Made by a program: the position numbers and the translations under genes. The notes under the pieces are model-generated. The model had not been told where the DNA came from. It did not search any database and saw nothing but the letters and a program-made list of their open reading frames with translations. This document shows, piece after piece, positions 22,286-41,700 of a stretch of DNA of 64,000 nt (positions within the stretch are counted from its first letter, which is position 1; each line of letters starts with the position of its first letter). Source of the stretch: Amoebidium appalachense. Its lineage: Eukaryota; Protista; Ichthyosporea. The stretch is taken from positions 7,607,408-7,671,407 of the forward strand of contig CAVNZM010000009.1 in NCBI GenBank assembly GCA_963693365.1, read 5' to 3'.

Positions 22286-23467
22286 GTTGGACAGACGCGT
22301 GGTATGGTCACGATCATGAATCTCTTTTATGTTAGCGTGGCCACACTATCAAATGAGCTCGAGTGATCTTCCTCTTGCAGTGAAGGTGAAGCATCGAGGT
22401 GACCAAAATCATTCGCAGACAACTTCGGCGAGTTTCACAGGCATGTTTTTTTGGGCGTCACGGACGGGTGCTATGGCACTAGTTTTTATAGAAGCGCGGG
22501 AATGCAGGAAACCAATCAGTGATACCCGAAAAATCCGCTGTGGAATGCATTGTTTGAGGGGGTGTAAATAAACAAAACGATTCAAGGCGTCGCAGCGACC
22601 GAAAATTGGTTTTGTATTACTTAAAAAACGACAAGAAATAAGGAAAATACTATATATGTTATGATAAGTAAATTTGGCGCGTCAGAGTGTGAGAAAACTC
22701 GATATTTGTTTTGTGGCAGCTACGTCTCGAAATAGCTCAGAAAATGACGTATGTTTTGCGGCCAATCACTGCTACCCCTAGCGCATACCGAATAAAATAA
22801 GCAACTGCCCAACTGCTCTAGAGGCTCTTTATATTTGCGAAAGTATTGGCTTATCGAGTAAATTAAAGCTGCACCTTTCGTCCCTTCCCTGTACTGTATA
22901 TGTGCGAAATTTTCCGGTCAACGGATCATTATGCTGTTTTCAAGAACTCTTTTTATTCAACTTTATGATGCTATCACAAACATAAACGTTGACTAATTCG
23001 AAGCCCATAGGAATGGCAGCGCTTCTTTGACTGGAGTCACTGGACTCATCCTCACACGGCTGTCAAAACATGTAAATTTAAAAAGTTTAATCCTTTTCAA
23101 GTATACAACTTTTTAGCGCTGGTGAGGAGGGAAAATACATTCCATTGAGATTGAGTCCGTCACCGTCTGCCACAGGCCCTCCGCTGTGGCTGCGCTCAGC
23201 TGGCAGAAGCTTCACCTGAGGTTGTCACAATGGTACCCGTAACCACGTGTATTTAGCGGTTTCCTCGCCCGCATAAAACACTACACTACACTATATACAC
23301 CAACTTACACACCGGTTGCATAGTAAATCTAGTACCCGGTGTTCCACACACGACCACACGCACACATGGCTCTCACGAGCCAACTCTGCGCCTCCTTCGC
23401 CCCAACCTAAACCAAAGGTCTATAATCCTCTCTACTGCATCAAACACCATTTCAACAACGTCCAAGT

Positions 23468-25436
23468 ATGCCTGTAGTCAACAGCGCTGCGGTCCTACTG
23501 ACCGCGGTGCTTGCTTGCACCTTGCCGGCTAGTGTTCTTGGTAAGATAGATGCTGACCCAAATAACCTCCCCGAAGTTTGCGACTGGCAGACATGCCACC
23601 AGCAGAAGGGTGTACTTCCAGAGCATGGAAAACATATCATTCACAAGAGTCTAGTCGAAAAACCAATTTTCTACAAGGCGTTTTTCAGGGGTCCCCCCGG
23701 TACCAAGCTCGTTCTGTTCATTGATAATGAAGCAAAGCTTTCCTTCCTCGATTCCACCAACGGCGCTTCGGAAAAATGGCAATGTTGTAGTTCAGCTTGA
23801 AGAATGCCTCGTTCCGGGAAAGTATGTCTGGGCCGCGTACGGTAGCAAACTCAGTTCGGCAGGGAACTACACCGCGTGGATATACGCCGACCATTCATAC
23901 GACTGCACGGGTGGGCCAGATGACGACCCGAACGAAACCGCGGCCGAGACCGGAGTTTCCGACAACGAAAACGCCAGAGATTGGCAGAACGCTGCCGACG
24001 TGGGTTTTTCGCTGGTGCCTGCGAAGCCCATTGACCCAAGTCACGCCGCCGGAATCCTCCAGGATTTGAATAACATCGCTGCGGATAAACAGCCAGAGGG
24101 GGTGCCTACGGGGCTCAAGAACGACGGGGCCGCGGGGGGGAGTAGTCTTTCGTTCGGTATGTGGGACGTGGATCCGGATACTTCTGAAGACGATAAAGAA
24201 TCTGACGACAATTCGGGACCGGACTCACCCAAGGGCATGCCCGTTGTTAACGAAGCGACCCCGACGGAGGCGCCAGAGGTGGGTGAGACGGTTGCAGCGG
24301 GAGAGGGGGAGGGGGTAGAAGTAGCTGCAGGTGTTCCAAACGGGGAGGGAAAGGGAGAGGAGAACGGGGAGGGAAAGGGAGATGGGGAGGGACCCACTTC
24401 TATTAAGGAGATGCACGATGCCCCGGCCTCCCCCCACGATGCACCGGCTTCCCCAGACGCAGAACACACGAGCTCTGGGAATGGCGGTGTCGGCGAAAAG
24501 GCACCTGTGTCGCACGTGGACGGAAGCGCCCCCGTTCCTGATCACAATGTGGCTGCGGTTGAATCGAGCGGGAGTGATTCGACACCGGCTGCAGAGAAGA
24601 GTAAGAAGGTTCTTTATTTGACGTTAGTCATCTCCGTCGTCACATGTTTGGGTATTATTACCGGAAGCGTGTTTGTGAGTTTGCGTCGCAGGAATCGTCG
24701 CAGACGTAGACAGAGTCGGTTCAGTGCTCACGGACGTTTCAGCCGGCCCAACGGTCCGAATGACGATGCCATTCTCTCTTCGAACCCTGCTTGGGCCGCG
24801 TTTGAGTCGCCGAAAGACAAACAGAAAAAGATGAGTTTTGATTTTGCGGAAACATTCACCGGGGAATTCAACGGCGCTCCCCATAGCCCCGTAATCACGG
24901 CCGATGGTGACAATGACGACATTCTCTCCGGAAGCGGAAAAGCACCCACCACTCACCGGGCACCCACCATTAGTTACCCCCCCTCGTCCGCAAGTTCGAA
25001 CGGAAATCGCAACAATGTCCCTGTCCCATTCGCGTCTACCACGCTGGACACGGGGGACCTGACCGAATTTGCAAACCAGAGGACTGGGTCGGGATATCTA
25101 AGCGCCGCTGATATATCTGCCAACAGGAGATATTCTGACGGGGACGAGATATACAAAGCGTCATCTTCGGCGAGCGGATTTCCCGGTGTTGGGGGGCTCA
25201 GTTCGCAATCGGTCGAATTTGGGGGGAAGAAAAATCGGGCCGCCCGGACTTCGTCTATCCCGCAGAATTTACAGGAGAGGGTGTATGGGGGGGCTACGAA
25301 TGAGGCGTGGCATAGTATTGATTTGGATACTGGAATGGCGGGGGGCGATGATGATGATGGGGGGGATATAACTGGGCAGATCAAGAGAAATGCGCAGACT
25401 AGACGGAGCCTGAACCTTAAGGGAACGGTGGTGTGA
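23468..25436 (+). CDS. Intronless type I single-pass membrane protein of unknown family (signal peptide, Cys-containing ectodomain, acidic stalk, TM, long Ser-rich tail)
   Basis: ORF 23468-23800 starts with a signal peptide (MPVVNSAAVLLTAVLACTLPASVLG). It overlaps ORF 23721-25436, which has the TM VLYLTLVISVVTCLGIITGSVFVSL followed by RRRNRRRRR. Removing one A from the A5 run at ~23772-23776 fuses the two. Confidence 0.75.
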
Positions 25437-25788
25437 GTTATCCAGCGGTGTGGGTGGTTGTGTGGTGCGGTTTTCACCTCAAGGATTGGTATCGTTTTAT
25501 ATTTTGCTTTTTATTACTTTTCACTCGCCAATTTTTTTTTTCTTCTTTTTTTCTTTTTGGCCCCACCTACTTTCATATTAACTCGTTTCATCAGAATTGA
25601 TTGTTTATGCCTTCTGTTATTCTTTTTCGTAAGTCTTCATCTATTCTCCTCATTCTAATTCTTGATATTCAGATACGTTATTTTGTTTTATGTACCGGAG
25701 ATGTAATAGTATCTTCAACGGTTATGATGGTATTTCGTTGATTAGTGGGTATAACCCCGGTATCAAGCCTTTATATTATGATCATGTG

Positions 25789-25839
<51 letters not shown>

Positions 25840-27214
25840 CACACATGCACACACCCACCCACCCACCCACCCACCCACACACATATAGTCACACACAGGG
25901 TCATTCGCATTCACTAGAGCAAAAGCCTACTTCTAGGAACATCTATCTGAGGATGATATTAGTTATGGCGGTTTTCCATGATGAGGCAGTATCGTACCCT
26001 TACCTTTGATAAGATTATATGAAGCAAGGTTTCGGTGCAGACATATGTGTACTAGAGGTGGTGATACATTTCAGAAGTTTGAAACGGTGTCTGTTTCAAT
26101 CATGTTTCATCCCAAGAGCAAAAAATCACTTGACTCGGTGATTTGCAATTGTCCCCCCCCCCCCCCCCCCCCTATTCACACTCAACAAATCAGCACAGAT
26201 ACAGTAACTCAACAGTAGAGTGCGCACACTGCAGTGACATATGCGCTCGCCCGCAAACTCGCAAACAAACACATCCACACGCGCGCACCTACACACACCC
26301 ACACACACCCACACACACCCACACACACACACACACGGACAACGTGTACCCTCTTGGTATGTTTATGTGTGTGTGTGTGCACATGTGTGTGTGTGTTGGG
26401 AGGGGGGAGGGGGAGGGAAGGGAAGGATTCGAAGAGAAGCCGGAGGAGGAGGAAGGGGGTGTGGGACATGAAGGCCCGGGCAACTGCAGGTACATTCACG
26501 TGACCAATTATTTATAATATGCGGATATAGAATGATATTGCAAGCCTCGTTGAAAATCTTCATATATTTATCCTCATATACTACAGTACCAGACCTTATA
26601 AGAATGTAGATCGAATACACATAATGATTTGAAATTTTATTGTGATCGCTGAGTTTCATTCACCGAATAATTATTTGGTGGGGCTGCTAAATGTGCAGTG
26701 CATACATACATGCGCAAAGGCAGCTACACGGAATTCAGGACCTGACCGAACACGGTTTTATAACCAAAACCGAGATTAAATTTTACAAGAAAACAGCAAA
26801 GCGAAAATAAGCAGCCGTTACTGGCCCCATGCTCCTTTCATATCACACATTTCCAGCTTAATTGTACGGATATTTGAATCACAACGCAACCCCCCCCCCC
26901 CCTGTTTTTAGGACGTGGGGTTGATGTGGCAACAACTCAATTCAAAAAACAAACCGTTCGGACAACACACAACCCAATCACCTATGACAGGGGAAAAGTT
27001 ACTAATAAAATATTAAAATACATTCGACTATACCAATGGTTACTTTCGTTCGACTTGAATTAAAGTTCCAGGTAATTCATATTTACAGGCCTTCACGAGT
27101 TGGCCCACAGAGCTCGACGTTCGTTGATTTGCTCACGGCTGCTTTCCTCCATTCTCATTGGCCAGGAGCTTACGTAAGCATTTACGTGACCTGATGTCGG
27201 TCTGTCTGATTGGC

Positions 27215-32136
<4,922 letters not shown>

Positions 32137-32453
32137 GTTGACCTCTGAAACCGCCACAGGAAGGCATAATATTACATGATTTCGTACGCAGGGCAGGTGG
32201 ATACGCTTCCTTTATCCCATTCCGAAACGAGCAAATCAATATGGGCTTTTTCCTCATTTTCATTTTCGCATTTTTCCTTTTCTCCATAAACTTTAGTGAG
32301 ATATGTCGAATATTCTGCTGATAAATTCTAAAATTTTCACATTTTTGAAATATCATTCAACGGATAAACGATTTTTGAATAAAACCCATAAAATGCATTT
32401 CAAAATATCAGGATATATCGATTTTATCGATTTACTCGTATTTTGAGGATATT

Positions 32454-32606
32454 TACTTAGAGCACTATTTAGAGTGTATTCTAGGGCAATCATTGGTTGA
32501 AATAGTGTTTCTAACAATGATAGCCCATTGGGTGAGCTCCTTTGGTATATAAGGAGCGAACTCCTACTAGTCGTTAGCTCATTTCCCAACGTCGCACCCA
32601 CTTCAC
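32454..32606 (+). repeat. Split direct repeat A1 (left terminus of the YR element)
   Basis: Identical to the A2 halves except for a 12-bp indel (CTTGATTCATCA) near the start; contains TATATAA at ~32546. Confidence 0.88.
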
Positions 32607-32715
32607 GCGACGTTTTTGGCGAGAGCTCGGTTTAGGTTGCAGTCCCCTTCGCACACTTAGATCTAAATAAGCTACGGTAGGTGGCAGAACTTGTCACCCT
32701 AAATCCTCGCCTAGC

Positions 32716-35700
32716 ATGGAGAACGCTGCCTTCAACCTGTATAGCGCCGAGGTTCGCAGGCTCTTTCCGGCTGATAACCACAACAAGGAGGAGTCGGACG
32801 AGCAGCGGTGTGAGCGCCTTCGGCAAACTTGGAACCCGCAGCAAAACGTGCTACGACTCACCCGCGGCGAGTTCGTGGAGTCGCACGCGTCTCTACAAGC
32901 CGTCGAGCATTTTGTTGTTGACGGGCGTTTCCCATTTGGCCCACGGCCCTTGTCGTCAGACGGATTGTTCCCTGGGGGAGACCTCCCCAAGCCCATCAAG
33001 GAGGAGGCTGAACAGTGGATAGGGCTGGTCAACGCGGGTGTGCAGGCGCTCAATTTGGTTGCTGCACTACCCAAGCTAGCCAACGAGTCGGCGGACGCCT
33101 TTGCGGCCCGTCAGCTTACCCTGCTCCGCGAGCTCGTCGTCGACCTCATCAGTTACGGCGGCGACAGACTCCAGCTGTTGTACATTTGGCGCGCGGAGGG
33201 TCACGCAGTTGCAGAGGTCGCCCGCGCCCAAATTGAGAAGACGTACAACCCCAAGTACGGCGCCAACTTGTGGTCCAAGGTGTCGTATCCTATTGTGTGT
33301 GTACTAGAGACGCGGCACTCTACTAAGTGTACCCACACGAAAAGGAACGAACGTGTACGGAAAAACGGTAAAGTTTATTCAGACCAGGCTCCGACGGGCA
33401 AACTTAGATCCGTACGGAATGAGACTAAGTTACAACTGAGGCCATCAAGGCCGTGCCCTCAAAGATCATCATCACCTGGCCCCCTACGATGCCACATTCC
33501 AAACATTCCGATCTACTTTTATCGTGCGCCTGCACGAGCTAAGTCGATCTACTCAACTAATATATTTATCCATGTCTCACCCCTCACCCTCCCCCTAGTG
33601 GCACCGCAGAGTCTAAATCTACATTTCATACTATCTGTCATGTGCTGAGCTGATTCGTATTAGTTTGCTTCTATATTTTGTGTTTTGGTGAGTGAATTTC
33701 GGGGGTTTTCTTGCATAGTGATGCCGGGGTCTAAGTGGGGTATGAGGAGATTAATCAGTGGTATGGGGAGAACCTGATGCGGCGGCGGCTGATTGTTAAA
33801 GGTGCGCGCGTGCATGCACCATGCCTCTGCGTACTCTCCATGTTAAATGTTGTATTGCTTCTTGCTGTGTGCGTGGCGAGACCCATGTTGCCTGCTCGCG
33901 TGTGTGTATGCTTATATGCCAGTGTATTGTGAGTAAACGTCACGGTGTGTACGTGTTGTAGTGCTGTAGGGGTGTCTGAGGTCGCGGTAGCCAATGGTGT
34001 GGAGTGCGTGTAGTCTGTGGGGGAGGGAGTGTTGTGATTGGCTGAATGTCACTGTGGTATTTGTCTGGCCAGTGGGCCGCGTGTCTGTGAAGTGTCTCGC
34101 GGGGTCGCGGGCTTTTCGAAGTTCTTCTAAGAACTCGTTTCACTCGCTTCCCACCCAACTCAAAGAAAAGTTTATACGTATACACAGTTTCGAGCCCCTT
34201 TAAGCGTGCAGATAGTTAGAGTAGTTGGTATACACTCTGTTTGTTGCTACGACAAGCTACACCCCCTTTCTCTGCAGTTTTTTGCAGGGAGGGGGCACAC
34301 GCACTGTTAGTCCTTCTGGGCTGTTGCTTTCACCCCTAGTTTTTTTTTTTTCTCTTCACGCCTAGCGGTTATGAGTGGCTTTGACTTAGGACTTTTTCGA
34401 CAGTTAGAGGTAGAAGAAACATACGCCGCGGCACACACAGGCCTACAGCTAGCAACAGTTGGCTTAGGCAACATGAGCAGTAGGACTAGTATCACAGGGG
34501 ACTTAGTCCTCGCTAAGGACCTCGCCCTCCCTAGGTGACTTAGCAAGCTCAGGGCCGTTTGCCCAGCAGAGGCCTCAGAGGGGACCGGCGGCGGTCACCC
34601 TTCCCACGGCGCTACCAGCCCTACCAGCCACGGCCACAACGGGATAACAGATGGGCCAGGCTGGCGTCTTTGGGCGGGACAGCATGCGCAAGAGCCGGCG
34701 CCAGCCTCTTTCCCAGGCACCTGCGACAACTGCAAGGGGCGGGGGCAACGCGTGGTGTAAACAGCCCCGTCGTGGGGGGCAGGGACGTCGGTGACCGTGT
34801 TGCTGGTATGAAGGTTTTATTAGGGGGTAGTAGGCCGTCTCTTGGGTTGTTGTTGTTGTATGGGAGTAACTGTTGTGTGGTGTTATTTTTCGGCGAGTTT
34901 TCTACTGGTGCCTCGCGTTTTCGACGTGTGTATGAGTCCTGTGTTGGCGACGTGTGTGGTTAGGGTCAGTGGAATAGAAAGTCCTGCTGCTGTCTGGGAG
35001 CTCGGCCCTCTGACGAGGGGGCTGGGGGGGGGACGAGTTGTAGTCATGGCAGTGGCAGGCCCCCACTGTTGTGAACCCCCGTCGTCAAAGGGCCTGGTGC
35101 TGAGGCCCCTTGGAGTGGCTGCCCTGGGCCTGGTGTTGAGGCCCTTTGGAGTGGCTGCCCGTAGTGTTGTTGAGTAGTGTTGTGGTGCCCAGTGCAGCAG
35201 TAGGCCTTAGACACACCGCTGGGTAGGGCACGGTTGGGGCGGAGGCATTCCCAAACCACCGGGACCTACGTAGTAGGAGTCTTTGTCGGGTAGAGGAATG
35301 GCCAGCAAGAGAGTCTGGAGGTGTACGTCACATGAGTCTGGAGGTGTTCGTCACGGCATGTTTGGTTGTGTTAGGAATATTCTTTGTGGATGGGGCATGC
35401 TGAGTGTGGTTTTATGGATGGTGTCTGTTATCATGTCTGTTGCTATGTTCCACTCGATATAACATTGTGCCAGGGGCATGGGGTTTTGGGTGCAGGTTGT
35501 GGACGGGGGCAGAGGTGCATCTACAGGGCAACGTCAGTGGCGGTTCATAATTATCCTTGTTTTGGGGTTGGGTTGGGTATTAACCATGGTGGGGTGGTGT
35601 GTGGATGCATGTATATGTTTTATGTTATATGTTAAATGTTAAATGTTGCTTCCTGCATGGGTAGCGGTAGTTGTAGTCGCTCAGCACATAACTTTATTTT

Positions 35701-38700
35701 GTTTTTAGGTAGTTTTTACTGAGGTGGAACTCAGTTATTTTCTGTGCGAGGGGGGAGTTGTCATGTGCTGAGCTGATTCGTATTAGTTTGCTTCTATATT
35801 TTGTGTTTTGGTGAGTGAATTTCGGGGGTTTTCTTGCATAGTGATGCCGGGGTCTAAGTGGGGTATGAGGAGATTAATCAGTGGTATGGGGAGAACCTGA
35901 TGCGGCAGCGGCTGATTGTTAAAGGTGCGCGCGTGCATGCACCATGCCTCTGCGTACTCTCCATATTAAATGTTGTATTGCTTCTTGCTGTGTGCGTGGC
36001 GAGACCCATGTTGCCTGCTCGCGTGTGTGTATGCTTATATGTATTGTGAGTAAACGTGTGTACGTGTTGTAGTGCTGTAGGGGTGTCTGAGGTCGCGGTA
36101 GCCAATGGTGTGGAGTGCGTGTAGTCTGTGGGGGAGGGAGTGTTGTGATTGGCTGAATGTCACTGTGGTATTTGTCTGGCCAGTGGGCCGCGTGTCTGTG
36201 AAGTGTCTCGCGGGGGTCGCGGGCTTTTCGAAGTTCTTCTAAGAACTCGTTTCACTCGCTTCCCACCCAACTCAAAGAAAAGTTTATACGTATACACAGT
36301 TTCGAGCCCCTTTAAGCGTGCAGATAGTTAGAGTAGTTGGTATACACTCTGTTTGTTGCCACGACACTATCCTCCCCCCCCCTCCCTCCCCCCCTTTCCT
36401 CTACATCTAAATATATAAATACGTTTGGCAACATACTATATCAAACCTTGCCAATACTTACAAAAGGGCTTCTGCCCGAACAATCACATTCCTAAGTCCT
36501 CCTACGATCTATCCTACACACTAATTAGAATTCTATTGGTCGGCTGTCCCGGCTGACGTGGTCCAATGCCCTGCGCCGGCAGAGGCAAGATGCACGCAGC
36601 TGTACAGCTATCTTGAGGCCCCGGACTTGATCTTGATGATCAGATTCTGTGGACCCGGCCCCCCCCCCCCCCCCCCCCCCCCGATCTCGATCGTAGACTT
36701 AGGCTAATCTGCTGAGACGGATTAGTATATGTCAACTCCCCCCCGGCCCCCGGAAAAGCTGAGTCCCACCTCAGTCACATTACATCTAACACCCCCTAAA
36801 AAGACATAGACTAATCAGTCTCCCAAAAAAAAATTAAAATTAAATAAATTACGAAGAAAAATAATAAATTAATCTACACCATAAGCTTGATACCTACGGA
36901 GACACCTATGATAATAAATTAAATTCCTACGACTACGTTCACACTCCTCCTCGGTCTCCTCCCCCCCTTCCCCCCCCCCCGTGTGTCTACGTGTATTTGC
37001 ATCACTCCCCCCCCGGCCCCCTCCCCCATCGACTTTTTCACACCACGATTAAACTGAGGAATAACTCTCTTTGGCCTAGAGGGAGCACTAGGCAACTCCC
37101 TCTGCACTAATCTAGCCTCATAAGCACGAATAGAAAACGGGCAATCCAAATGAAACTCAGGCAACCACTGATCTTCCTGATAACCTCCCTCAAAACGAAT
37201 TAAATAATAATTTACCTTACCTTCCTTACCTTCGATAACCTTTTTATCCATAATTTTATCTACTGCAGCCTCCGATACATCAACCGACCCGTCATAGTCG
37301 GGGGTGAATGCATCTAACACTCGACGGCCCTCCGGCCGTTTAACCCTAAGGGCCCTATCATAATATTCCTTTATATCATCTACATTATAAAATCTGACAT
37401 CACTCTCATTATCTAACCTCTGCACCTTATATTCCGTCGGACCTAGCCTAGCCACTATTTTATACGGACCGACTCGGATAAAAAGAGGCAACCATTTCTT
37501 ACCATACTTACGAAGACCTTCACCTTCACCCTTACCTTCCTGCTCCTGCTTATATCTCTATTTCCTAGTATGATCCCTAATTAAAACTAAAGTACCCTCG
37601 GCAAATTCACGTAACGGACGTGTGGACACGTCTGTACGTGCTTGTGCCTGCTGTGTACGGGCCAGAGCTGCATCACGTGCAGCCCGGGCCCGGGTTAGTA
37701 GCTGCTCCCGGAACTCAGTCCAGTGGGGATAAGTTAGTCGGTCAGCCCCCCCCATCGGCAAAAGTGCCGTATCTAACAAACTAATAGCCTCCTGCCCATA
37801 GACCAAATAAAACGGAGAAAAACCAGTCACAGCATGAGGGGTAGAATTATATGAATGAGCAATAAACCTAGACATATGATCCCAATCATTAGCCTCCACA
37901 TCCACCATTTTGCCAAAGGACTTCTGAAACACTGCATGCACACGTTCAGAGATGGCATTTGCTTGAGGGTGATATGCAGACGTAGTGATATGAGCTACCC
38001 TTAAAATTTTACACCCCTCCGACACCAACTGATTTAAAAACACACGACTCCTATCCGTTAACAAAACACGAGGACAACCAAACCTAAGACAAATTTCATC
38101 CACAAAAATACGAGCAAACAAAACGGCATTAGCAGTGGGGAGAGGAAAAACTTCAACCCAACGAGTGGCCACATCGGTGACGGTAACAAGAACAGTGTTA
38201 CCCTCAACCGTAGAATTAAAAGGACCGACCACATCGACTGCTACCCTTTCAAACATACGAACATTAAAATCCCTAATAAACGACGGGCGGGAACGAGAGT
38301 GGGGACTCTCATTCCTTTCCTGACAATGCATGCATGACAACACATAATCCCTCACCTCCCTACTCATACCCGGCCAAAAATACGAACGATTAACACGAAG
38401 CAACGTCCTATTTACACCTAAATGACCAGCCATGGCCCAATGCTCATGCACCATATGCAAAACCTCAGGCACAAGTGCCGTCGGGACCCAAACTCAGTGT
38501 CCGTCTGGCCCAGAACAATGATAAACTAAATCCTGCTCTACCTGACACATTTTTGCTAACTTAGCTACCTTAATCATCTGCCTTTTATTTTTAAATTTAA
38601 TCGAATCAACCGGCCCCTTTAAATAATTCTTAACCAGACCAATCAACACATCTTCCTCCTGAGCTAAGATCAAAGCCGTAGGTGCTAAGGCAGGGGCCGA

Positions 38701-41700
38701 GCCATGGGACTCGGTCCCGACCTCAGACACTGACAAATACCTCCCCCCCCCTCTCCTACACTTATAAGCAAGCAACCCCGGAACCCAAGAAGACACATCC
38801 ACAGACACAGCATCTATTCCTTTCTGCTCACTCTCCCCCCCCTTCCCCCCCTCCCCCCCCCGTCTCTCACTATCCCCCCCTCCCCCTCCTTCTCTTCTTC
38901 AAACAAAATATAAGCAGCACGAGAGAGAGCATCACAGTCAACCATTGTTTCACCCTTGGCATAAAACAATTTATAGGAGAACTCACCGAGAGCCGCGGCC
39001 CACTTCTGCATCCTCTCGTTGACCAGACGAGTGGTGCCGGCCATGGCTAGGCAGGGCTTGTGGTCGGTGTAGACCTCAAACGTCCTGCCTGCGAGTATAT
39101 ACCTCCATGCCTGTGAGACTGCCCAAAAGATAGCATGGGACTCTCTCTCTGGATTGCTATATCTACGTTCACTTTTACTAAATGAACGACTAGCATAAGC
39201 AATCACCCTATCCTGCCCCTCCTGCACTTGATATAACACGGCCCCCTCAGCAACCTTACTTGCATCACACCGAACTTTAAACATCCCCCCCCCCGGCCGA
39301 AAAATCAGGATGAACAAGCATACTCGAAGACTGCAAAGCTAACTTAAGCTTTTCGAAAGCAGAAACAGCATCAACATTCCAATCTATTCTATTCTTCTTC
39401 TCCCCCCCCGTCTGACTAGTTAACGGCAAAGCAAGCATACTATAATCCTTAATATAACGACGAAGATAATTAGTTAAACCTAAAAATTGCCTTAGTTGAG
39501 TGACAGTCTGAGGACGGGGCCACTCAACTATGGCCCGGATTTTCTCCGGATCAGGGGAAAGACCATTACTAGACACAATATGACCTAAAAACTTAACCTC
39601 CGGCACACCAATCACAGTCTTGCTACCGCTAATGCGAAGACCAGACTCACCCAAAGCTAAAAATACTTTTTCACAATTATCTCCTCAAATGACCTACCTT
39701 TAATTAAAACATCATCCAAATAAGGGTGGCATACATCCAAATGAGGGTGGAGAATTTTATACATTACCCGGCACAACATAGCTGGAGAGGAGAGCAAACC
39801 CATCGGCACCACCTTGTACTGGAACAGCTGGTCACCCAGTGCAAAGGCAGTCTTCTCCTTGCTGCTCTCCTCCAACCTTATCTGCCAAAAAGCTGCTTTT
39901 AAATCAAGTTTAGCAAAGTGAGTATAGCCGTGCAGCTGTGAAAGCTGCTCGTCTATGTTAGGGAGAGGCCATTGGTCTGCCTTAGTGATCCGATTCAGAG
40001 CCCTGTAATCGTTCACTAGACGCCAAGACCCGTCGGGCTTCTTAACCAATAGCACCGGACTTCTCCACGGACTCGAACTATGCTCCACATGACCCTTTTT
40101 TAACATATCACTCACTATTATTAGCGCATCCGACAATTTATACTGCTCCATTCTATAGCTAGGCATCACTACCGGCCTATTATCACCTGTGTCGATCTGC
40201 ATTTCAAACCCTTTAACGAAGCCTACTTCGTTATCATCGGTCAGAAATGCAAACCGAGTCCTATCAAATAACTTAGCTAGCAATTTTTTCTGTTCTACCG
40301 TCCAATCCCCCTCCTTCATACCAAACGGCAATACTAACTCCGGGTTACCCCCATCACAAGTGGATGCATCCTTATTCACCGGAGTGCCACTTAACATTTC
40401 ACCTCCTGTATTACATCGGTGCTGCTCGGGGTGAGGTTGAGGTACCTCCGGATATAGGCGGTCACCCTTAGCACCCCCCCTCCCCCCGGCACACCCATGC
40501 CCCCGGGCAATTCCTGATGAGTTAGTGCATGTATGTGGGGGGCCAGGTCTGTGGCCACCCTGCCCCCCACGGTGTTGGTTAACCCGTCAGATCCACGGGT
40601 TAGACCAACACCCTCCCCCCCTGCCTGCACATTCTCACACCCGGGGTGACCCTCCTTCCTCTTGGGGGTCGGGGGAGTGGGACCGGTGATGTCCCGGTCC
40701 CCCCCCCCCATCGTGTCGGGTGACATTTTGGTGGCTAACGTTAAATAAAGTTGTTCCCCCTCCTCCTGAGTCACCCTTCGAGCCGGCATCCTCCTTTTGG
40801 GTAATAAGAGAGACCTCTATACTACCAATCTCATTAGTGAAACTACCGACGGAAACACCTGACCTAATCACTATAGGCTCGATGCCCGGATTCACTAATT
40901 CTATTTCTATTGTCTTATCCGGCCATACCCTACTAAGGGTCCATTGGGCCACCTCCTGAAATGGGGTTTTCGGAGTAAAAACCCCTAAATCCCCTATCCT
41001 AACATGATTGCCGGCCCGGACACGTACCGTTTGGCACTGATAAGGCTTGATTACTACTTCAGCTACCGTTCTAGCACCAGACTGATAACCGTCGAGCCCA
41101 TCATGGGTTTTAATTTTAACGCCGGACTGCAATTCTAAAACATTCGTACGTTCAAACAAAGCATTCACATGTCTACGGAAAAATGGGGCTCCCAACAAAA
41201 CACTTTGAGCTAAATCCTTAACCACATAACAAGCAATATGCATAGCCTGGCCACCTATCTCACACGGCAACACACAAACACCTTCCACAGACATACTACT
41301 ATTATTAGCACTACCTCAGGCTGTGCTAGAAGCATCTAAAATAGGAATTTCCCCCCCGGCCTGATTAAAACGACGAATAAACGAAGCATGCACACAATTA
41401 ACCTGAGCCCCTCCATCGAGCAAAGCAACGGCCTTCAACTTACCATCAGCTAACCATACGTCTATATAATGCCGGCTAAAACCAACTAAATCCTCCTCCA
41501 ATTCAAGCAACACATCATCACTCACACCCAATCCCTGCCCACGAAGACTCACACCCTCGATACCTACGTGCAACATACCTACCTGTGGTGCCTGCACGGG
41601 TGGGGTGGGGTGTGTATGTGATGTGGGTGGTGGTGGAGTGTGTGTGTGTGATGTGTGGGTGGGTGGTGTGTTTGTGTTTGGTGTATGTGTGGGTGTGTGT

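Noticed and set aside
33281-33648. C-terminal ~120 aa of the 310-aa ORF 32716-33648 and ORF 43681-44166
   Set aside because: Read-through into LTR sequence; the true ORF1 end is at 44410-44591.
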